DNA of 34,774 bases from a bacterium (GTDB taxonomy: Bacteria; Patescibacteriota; Minisyncoccia; Moranbacterales; DUUL01): positions 1 through 34,774 of the forward strand of contig DAOUPS010000001.1 in assembly GCA_030626045.1 (NCBI GenBank). Direction: 5' to 3'. Of this stretch, positions 28,279 through 34,774 are shown piece after piece. Made by a program: the position numbers and the translations under genes. Numbering within the stretch: the stretch's first letter is position 1; each line of letters starts with the position of its first letter. Under the pieces are notes generated by a model. It was given only the letters and a program-made list of their open reading frames with translations. It made no database searches and was not told the DNA's origin.

Positions 28279-29190
28279 TTAATTCAATTCTTTTTGTTTT
28301 GCTCGTATTTCTCTTTCCCATATTTCAACAAGAAACGCGCTGGCGATAAAAATTGACGAGTATGTTCCAAAAAATATACCGATAAGTAAAGCTAAAGAAA
28401 AATATTTTATTGTCACGCCTCCGAAAAATATAGTAGCCAGAAGAACGATAAAAACCGTCAAAGAAGTATTGATCGATCTGGCCAATGTTTCATTAATGGA
28501 ATTATTTACGGTTTCTTCAAAATCATGCTTCGCTCCGGCTCTATTTAAATTTTCTCTTATTCGATCAAAAACAACGATCGTATCATTAACGCTGTAACCT
28601 AAAATTGTTAAAAGCGCGGCAACAAACGGTATATTCACTTCTATGCCATAAAATTTTCCCAAAAAAGAAAAGATTCCAATGGTAATGATGGTGTCATGGG
28701 TAAGCGCGATAACAGCGGCAATGCCATATTTCCAGCTTTCCACAGGATAAGATACTTTCCTAAATGCCCATGTAATGTATACCGCTATTCCGATCACCGC
28801 CAAGACTATGGCTGTTATTGCCTTTTTTTTGAGTTCATCGGATATTACCGAGCTGACAAATTCCACTCTTTCAATACTCACTCCTTCAAATGAATCCCTG
28901 ATCTTTGCCTGAACTTCCTCGTTTTTTGTATCGTCATCTGAAACAAATCTTACAAACATAGTTCCTTCCTCAGATGGCTGAACGGTCAGGCTTCCAAGTC
29001 CGAAGTTACTTAAAGAATCGCTAACCTCTTCATTGGTCGGTACATCTTGAGAAAATTTTAACTCTAATAAAACGCCGCCGGTAAAATCAATCCCTTTTTT
29101 CAGGCCCCAAATTGACAAAAAAAGCACACTTGTAATAACAAGCGCTGCGGAAAGATAAAGAAAGCCTTTTCGTTTCTGAATGATCTTCAT
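28279..29190 (-). CDS. secF: Protein translocase subunit SecF
   Basis: GIDFTGG, HD, GYSVNDTIVVFDRIREN, RSINTS, GTYSSIFIA. Confidence 0.95.
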   Translation of the reverse strand: MKIIQKRKGFLYLSAALVITSVLFLSIWGLKKGIDFTGGVLLELKFSQDVPTNEEVSDSLSNFGLGSLTVQPSEEGTMFVRFVSDDDTKNEEVQAKIRDSFEGVSIERVEFVSSVISDELKKKAITAIVLAVIGIAVYITWAFRKVSYPVESWKYGIAAVIALTHDTIITIGIFSFLGKFYGIEVNIPFVAALLTILGYSVNDTIVVFDRIRENLNRAGAKHDFEETVNNSINETLARSINTSLTVFIVLLATIFFGGVTIKYFSLALLIGIFFGTYSSIFIASAFLVEIWEREIRAKQKELN

Positions 29191-29250
29191 ATATATTGCA
29201 ACTGCTTAGTATTCTTTAGTGTATCCCAAGCCAAAACAAAAATCAAATGA

Positions 29251-29964
29251 TCACATGGCAATGATCACCACGAATTCTCCTCTAATTGATCTCTCGTTTG
29301 CTTCAAAATATTCAATTATTTCATCGGGGTCTCCGCGCACTATTTCCTCAAACATCTTTGTCAATTCGCGGCCGACAATTATTTTTCTTTCTATTCCTTC
29401 CTTTCGCATAAGCTCTTTGCAAAGCTTGACATTTTTAAAAAAACGATGCGGCGAGTCATAATAGAATACAGGGTAACAAATATTGATCGCTTCCCTGAAA
29501 AAAGTTTCTCGTCCTTTTTTATTCGGCGGAAATCCTAAAAATGTGAATTTGGATAGATTAATTCCGGCCACTGATGCCAATGCTGTAATCGCAGACGCTC
29601 CCGGAATTGGAATAATTTTGATCTCATCTCCAAATTCTTCCAAGATCTCCGCTACCAGCTTGTTTCCCGGATCGGAAATTCCCGGTGTTCCGGCATCTGT
29701 TACAAGTGCCAGTGTTTTACCGTTTTTCAAATATTCAATAATTTTTCTAATTTTGTGCGGCTGGCTTTGCTGGTGATAGGATGACAGCGGTTTTTGGATA
29801 TTATAGCGATCTAACAATTTTTTTGTTACCCTCGTATCCTCGCATAATATCAGATCAACTTTTTTTAAAGTCTCAATGGCACGAAATGTGATATCGCTTA
29901 AATTGCCGATTGGAGTTGCGACGATATAAAATCTTTTTTTGCTTTCTTCTTCTGTCATCCGCAT
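29251..29964 (-). CDS. rsmI: 16S rRNA (cytidine(1402)-2'-O)-methyltransferase
   Basis: VATPIGNL.DIT.RA, CEDTR, DAGTPGISDPG, RELTK.FEE, RGEFV; start could be 29958-29967. Confidence 0.95.
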   Translation of the reverse strand: MRMTEEESKKRFYIVATPIGNLSDITFRAIETLKKVDLILCEDTRVTKKLLDRYNIQKPLSSYHQQSQPHKIRKIIEYLKNGKTLALVTDAGTPGISDPGNKLVAEILEEFGDEIKIIPIPGASAITALASVAGINLSKFTFLGFPPNKKGRETFFREAINICYPVFYYDSPHRFFKNVKLCKELMRKEGIERKIIVGRELTKMFEEIVRGDPDEIIEYFEANERSIRGEFVVIIAM

Positions 29965-29983
29965 CAACTTTTTTCACAATTTG

Positions 29984-30904
29984 TTAAAAATTACATTCCA
30001 TATATCTCATATCGCACTTAAACACTTTCCCGTATTGGTCTATGATCGCGATTGAATTATTAGAAACATGTCCATATTTAAAACCGTATTCAAGTTCAGG
30101 CCAAAAAGTTTCCTGTCCAATTGAGCACATTTTGCCCCCGCCAAGCGGAGTTTTGGGAGCAATAATTGATCCGTCGTTCTTAAGGCATGCCTCACCAGTG
30201 GCTTTTGTTTGATGCATGATCAATTTTGCGTAAGCAGACTCAGCGTGCATACGAGAGTCATTTAAGCCTATTAGAACACTGCTGCTTATTAAGGCAATAA
30301 AGACACATACTACAACGATAATTACTGCAATAATGCTCTTTACACTTGAAGATTTTTTGGGATCAGCGTATATAACTGCGGTCTTGCCAATTTTGTCGTG
30401 TATTCCCTGTTTTTTTGCGTCAAAACCAATCATGAAGTAACCAATGCAGAAAATGATCGTTGATACAATTCTCCCAACAGTTTCACGAAGAACCACTTGT
30501 CCAAGATCAAGCTGTTCTCCGTCGGTCGGAACAACACGAAGCCCAAAAGCGCGTTTGCCAAACGTTGCCTCATAATTATATGTCATATATATAAAATACC
30601 CCCATGAAAGCAGTATCCCAAACAGCTGGCTTAACGGCACAATTACATTTCTATCAATTCCGGAAACAGCAAAAAGAAATCCTATCACAAAACCAAAGAT
30701 CAAGCCAAGTATCATGATAACAATATTGTCGATAAAAAAAGCACAAAAACGAACCCAAAAGCCGGCGTATTTAACCACTGGCACAGATCGGGAAACTTGA
30801 GAAAAGCTTTCAGCGGTTTCGGTTTGCGTCTCTTGTTCGTTTTGTCCTGCCTTATTCTGTTCTGATCCAGTTTCTCTCTCTTGTTGCAGATCAGAGATAT
30901 TCAT
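29984..30904 (-). CDS. RDD family membrane protein with pilin-like C-terminal domain
   Basis: YAGFWVRFCAFFID, TFGKR.FGLRVV, KQGIHDKIGKT.V, then an extra TM and a Cys-containing tail. Confidence 0.88.
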   Translation of the reverse strand: MNISDLQQERETGSEQNKAGQNEQETQTETAESFSQVSRSVPVVKYAGFWVRFCAFFIDNIVIMILGLIFGFVIGFLFAVSGIDRNVIVPLSQLFGILLSWGYFIYMTYNYEATFGKRAFGLRVVPTDGEQLDLGQVVLRETVGRIVSTIIFCIGYFMIGFDAKKQGIHDKIGKTAVIYADPKKSSSVKSIIAVIIVVVCVFIALISSSVLIGLNDSRMHAESAYAKLIMHQTKATGEACLKNDGSIIAPKTPLGGGKMCSIGQETFWPELEYGFKYGHVSNNSIAIIDQYGKVFKCDMRYMECNF

Positions 30905-30915
30905 ACATTATACTT

Positions 30916-33228
30916 TTAATTATTTTTGTCATTAATGTCCCCTTTTTCATCAACTTGATCAAGCCGAATAGATAAAAGTTCTGAGACTCCGTCATCTCCC
31001 ATGGTCACTCCATATAAGACCGCCGCTTCTCTCATTGTTTGTCTATTATGAGTAATAAGCACAAATTGTGTTCGGTTCGATAATTCAGTTAATATCTTAC
31101 CAAAACGTTTGGAGTTTGCTTCATCAAGCGCAGCTTCCACTTCATCGAGAAGCGCGAAAGGCGGCGGATTGTGTGAAATAATAGCAAAAAGCAATGCCAG
31201 CGAGGTGAGTGCGCGCTCACCTCCGGAAAGCATTCCCAGATTGGTGATCTTCTTTCCGGGAGGCTCGGCAATAATATCAATGCCAATTTGCGTTTCGGGA
31301 TTTTCGTTCTCTCCAAGTTCTTCGGCTATGTCATCATTGTTTTCTTCTTTAGTCTGGCGAGCTAGTGCCTTGATCTCGATCTTTTCAATTCTGGCTTTCC
31401 CGCCGTTAAAAATTATTTTGAAATACTTGCTGAATTCTTTGTTAATAAATGAATAGGCACCCTCAAATTTATCTTTGATCTGATCGTCCATTTCGTGGAT
31501 CACTTTTTTAAGTTTTTTCATTGCTTCCTTCAGGTCATTGGATTCTTTTCTTAGAAAATCATGCCGTTTTTGTGTTTCATTATATTCCTCGATAATGGAT
31601 TCATCGATCCCGCCAATTTGCTCAAGCTGAAACTTTAATCTGTTAATATCGTTTTCAAGTTTTGAGGCTTCTATTTTTTCACCCTTATATTCAAGCCTAT
31701 CGGGAGAAATTTTCATTTCATTGTTAATGCGATTAACAAGGTCTTCTTCCTTGACCTCGATCCTTACAAACTCTATTTTTGCCTCATTAAAACTATCCTT
31801 TAATTTGTCAAGTTCGAATTGTTTGCGTCGAAGCTTGTCTTCAAGTTCAAGTGATGTTTTGCGCTCACTGCGATCCTTTTCAAAAAACTCATTGATCTTC
31901 ATTTTGGTTCTCTTGAGCGATTTTTCAATTTCAATCTTTCTCTCTTTGGCTGTTTTAAGAGCTGCTTGAAATTGATGGATCTTCTTTAAGTTTATTGTTT
32001 CTTGCCTTTCTATCTCTTTGCCCGGCTTTTTTTTCTCTATTTTACCCCTTATGACCGCTTCATAAAGATCATACAGCTCTTGGGCAACCATACATGCGTA
32101 TTTTTTCAATTCTGGTACTTCGCTCAGCGTCTTAATCCGCTCTATCCGTTTTATTAAATTATCTTGCTGCGACTTTATTCCGGAAATATGTTCTTTGACG
32201 GTATCCACTCCAACAGGAATGACATCAACAACTTGAATATTCTTTGTCCTTTCCTTTTCCAACTCGATCTTTCCTTCTTCGGCAATAATTTTGCGTTCTA
32301 TTGAATACAGTTCATGGTTCAGTTTTCTTTGATCTCGTTCCAACACATCAATATTGTCTTGCAATGAAACCGTGTTTTTTGATTCTTCTTTCAGTTTCTC
32401 AATGATTTTATCAACTTCCATTTGGATTTGCATCATTTTACGGCCAAAATCGTCTTTTATTTCCTCCGCTTCCGTCTTCGCGCTCATAAGCTGTTTCCAA
32501 AAAAAACCAAAAAGCATATGTTGTTTTTCTTTTAGACGCAGACGATATGCCTCTCCCTTTTGAGCTTTTGAGCTTTGCCGCTTAAGAAGCCGCAAATGCG
32601 GTTCGATTTCCAGAAGCAGATTTTCCACCTGCTCGACATTCCGCATCGTGCTTTTAAGTTTTCTCTGGCTCCGCTCTTTCTTGAGTTGATATCCTTTCAC
32701 TCCGGCTGCTTCTTCAATAATTGAACGCCTTTCAACCGGCGAGGCATTAAGAATATTATCAGCCATTCCTTGATTTATAATGCAATAACTCCGCTGTCCC
32801 ACGCCCGCCTTTGCCAGAATATCAACAATATCAATAAGCCTTGTTCTTGATCCGTTTATAAGATACTCGCTTTCCCCATTACGAAATATTTTTCGAGTGA
32901 TAACCACTTCATCAAAATCAAGGGAAATTTGCTTATCTTTATTGTCAAGAAATATCGATACTTGCGCGCTTCCCAGTTTTGATTTACTGCCACTGCCGGC
33001 AAAAATAATGTCTCTGGCTTTCTTTCCGCGTAAATTTTTCATTGATTGCTCTCCCATGGCCCATCGAAGAGCATCGGCAATATTGGATTTTCCGCTCCCG
33101 TTGGGACCAACTATGGCTGTTATCCCAATATTTTTGCCACTCTCAAAAACACCGCTTTCGAAAAAATCAAAAGTGGTTTTTTTTGCGAAAGATTTAAAAC
33201 CTGAAATTTCTAACTTTTTGAGAAACAT
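30916..33228 (-). CDS. smc: Chromosome segregation ATPase SMC (short, 770 aa)
   Basis: GFKSF, GPNGSGKSN, IINQG, EEAAG, PPGK, LSGGE, LLDEVEAALD, ITH; scpA and scpB in the same window. Confidence 0.9.
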   Translation of the reverse strand: MFLKKLEISGFKSFAKKTTFDFFESGVFESGKNIGITAIVGPNGSGKSNIADALRWAMGEQSMKNLRGKKARDIIFAGSGSKSKLGSAQVSIFLDNKDKQISLDFDEVVITRKIFRNGESEYLINGSRTRLIDIVDILAKAGVGQRSYCIINQGMADNILNASPVERRSIIEEAAGVKGYQLKKERSQRKLKSTMRNVEQVENLLLEIEPHLRLLKRQSSKAQKGEAYRLRLKEKQHMLFGFFWKQLMSAKTEAEEIKDDFGRKMMQIQMEVDKIIEKLKEESKNTVSLQDNIDVLERDQRKLNHELYSIERKIIAEEGKIELEKERTKNIQVVDVIPVGVDTVKEHISGIKSQQDNLIKRIERIKTLSEVPELKKYACMVAQELYDLYEAVIRGKIEKKKPGKEIERQETINLKKIHQFQAALKTAKERKIEIEKSLKRTKMKINEFFEKDRSERKTSLELEDKLRRKQFELDKLKDSFNEAKIEFVRIEVKEEDLVNRINNEMKISPDRLEYKGEKIEASKLENDINRLKFQLEQIGGIDESIIEEYNETQKRHDFLRKESNDLKEAMKKLKKVIHEMDDQIKDKFEGAYSFINKEFSKYFKIIFNGGKARIEKIEIKALARQTKEENNDDIAEELGENENPETQIGIDIIAEPPGKKITNLGMLSGGERALTSLALLFAIISHNPPPFALLDEVEAALDEANSKRFGKILTELSNRTQFVLITHNRQTMREAAVLYGVTMGDDGVSELLSIRLDQVDEKGDINDKNN

Positions 33229-33299
33229 TGCGTTTATATTTTTGCGCGAGTAAAAAAAGTTTTATGAATTTATGAGTTTTTGCATAAAGCTTCCATATC

Positions 33300-33328
33300 A
33301 TTATACAACTATATGAAATATTGTTCAA
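33300..33328 (-). promoter_or_regulatory. Sigma70-type promoter for smc
   Basis: TTGAAC-17 nt-TATAAT. Confidence 0.6.
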
Positions 33329-33524
33329 AAAAAATAGCAGTTCCCTCGTAATCTTAATGGTTTTTAGGCATATTTTCAATCACTTTTAATGCCAAAAGTG
33401 TAAGAGCCTGCCTGAAACGTAAAATAGTATGGATATTATTGTAAGGCACCGGCTGGCAAAATCCAATTAAAGCGCTTTTGCCTAGTCAATAGACAGATAA
33501 AATTCCTAATTGCGGTTTTTGGAT

Positions 33525-33565
33525 AGAAAAACCATCGACAACAAGCTAATGCCGATGGCTTTTTT
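33525..33565 (-). terminator. Intrinsic terminator after the S74-domain gene
   Basis: AGCCATCGGCA-(9 nt)-TGTCGATGGTT followed by TTTCT. Confidence 0.65.
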
Positions 33566-33603
33566 ATTTTGGTAATTTCTAGCAACTGAATCTTGCTGGA
33601 TAT

Positions 33604-34740
33604 TTACCTTTTCAAACCTTCAACCTCTTCCTGCAATTTCTCTATCTGCCTCTGCTGTTCTTTTACCGCTTCTATTAGCACTCCAATGAATCCATTATAA
33701 TTAACCAACTTGTATCCGTATTTGTTTTCAGAAACCAGGGAAGAAAAGTCTTTTTCCACTTCCTGAGCTATTACTCCTATACAGGGTTCTCCGTTACTCC
33801 TCATCTTAAAGTCTACCCCTCTTATGTTATTTATTCTGTCAATAGCATTTGAAACAGTTTTAATATCTTTTTTATATCTTTGATCGGAGGCATTGTGAAA
33901 ATTAGACGCCCATATGGGAGCATAAGTATTTTTAGCTCTACCAACTACCAATTTTGCACTATTTTGATTGCCTAATCTCACTCCTATGCTTCCGTCAATC
34001 CATACCGAATCTACATTATCTACAAAGTACATCCACGGACCAGATGTATCATCTAATGTGTTATATTCACCGTGGGTTAAAACGGTTCCTATCTTAAGTC
34101 TCTTATTCAAATTATTGCTGTTTCCCGCAACAATATCTCCCTTAACATCCAATTTAACACTTAACGCATCACTGGGATTCGCTGTCCCGATTCCTACATT
34201 GCCACCCCTACCAATAGAAAGCAACGGAGTACCAGAACTTGAATGATTTATTGTAAAATTACCCGTTGATTTCTGATGAGTAAGTCCATAGGTGCCATTC
34301 TGATGGTCTCTGATTCTACTGAAACTATCTAAGTTGATTATTGAGTAAGCGTCAAAAACAGTTCCGACCCCATCACCGGTAACATCAATGAGTCCGGTTC
34401 CATTTATTGCGTCACAGTCATGCACCACCATACCTCCGTCCACATCCAATCTGAATCTGTTGTCAGGAGCTGTCGTCCCAATTCCTACATTTCCTTTAGC
34501 CACAATCAAGCCATTCACGCTAATATCAGAGGTATTGAGCATCAGTCCCGCCTTTTTGAATTGAAAACGATCACTTACATTTATCGGCGCTTCCAGATTG
34601 CCTCCCGGAGGAGGAAATGCCGGCTCTTGCCAAGCCACAGCAAATTGGATAGACAAGCCGACTGCCAAGCCGACTACTACCACTCCCAGCCAGTAAGTTA
34701 TTTGGGAATAGATTTCTTTGGTTTTGGTTATTGGTTTCAT
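33604..34740 (-). CDS. Tail-fibre-like surface protein with C-terminal intramolecular chaperone (peptidase S74) domain
   Basis: N-terminal TM/signal, PPGGNLEAPIN, two GNVGIGT repeats, SDQRYKKDI...IRGV.F...GVIAQEV...L.EAVKE plus coiled coil. Confidence 0.85.
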   Translation of the reverse strand: MKPITKTKEIYSQITYWLGVVVVGLAVGLSIQFAVAWQEPAFPPPGGNLEAPINVSDRFQFKKAGLMLNTSDISVNGLIVAKGNVGIGTTAPDNRFRLDVDGGMVVHDCDAINGTGLIDVTGDGVGTVFDAYSIINLDSFSRIRDHQNGTYGLTHQKSTGNFTINHSSSGTPLLSIGRGGNVGIGTANPSDALSVKLDVKGDIVAGNSNNLNKRLKIGTVLTHGEYNTLDDTSGPWMYFVDNVDSVWIDGSIGVRLGNQNSAKLVVGRAKNTYAPIWASNFHNASDQRYKKDIKTVSNAIDRINNIRGVDFKMRSNGEPCIGVIAQEVEKDFSSLVSENKYGYKLVNYNGFIGVLIEAVKEQQRQIEKLQEEVEGLKR

Positions 34741-34774
34741 AATTTTTTTAATCCATTAGTTTAATTTATTGGCA

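Overview
An AT-rich bacterial chromosome segment, almost entirely on the minus strand. Gene content and style suggest Patescibacteria/CPR, probably Parcubacteria (inference from SD-less housekeeping genes, short PGK and SMC, and CPR-type surface proteins). It encodes ispG (partial), rodA, mltG, acyP, murD, murI, gap, a NUDIX hydrolase, gyrB, mraY, a D,D-carboxypeptidase, scpB/scpA, YbaK, an MFS transporter, aspS, a single-domain response regulator, CAP and DUF2207 proteins, tRNA-Gln, pgk, secF, rsmI, an RDD protein, smc, three glycosyltransferases and an S74 chaperone/tail-fibre-like protein. I found no transposase, integrase, CRISPR array or recognisable defence system. The most unusual signals are: (1) a recurrent 12-14 bp motif (GGGAYTGTTTCCAW) directly behind stop codons; (2) self-contained ORFan cassettes with promoter, strong Shine-Dalgarno and terminator, one bounded by 43-bp direct repeats and with 5'-3' UTR pairing; (3) a 770-aa SMC with no recognisable hinge; (4) a 97-bp MITE with relic copies; (5) REP-like hairpins and a duplicated 5' end at tRNA-Gln; (6) two candidate structured RNAs flanking aspS. 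All calls come from reading the sequence by eye; no searches were run.
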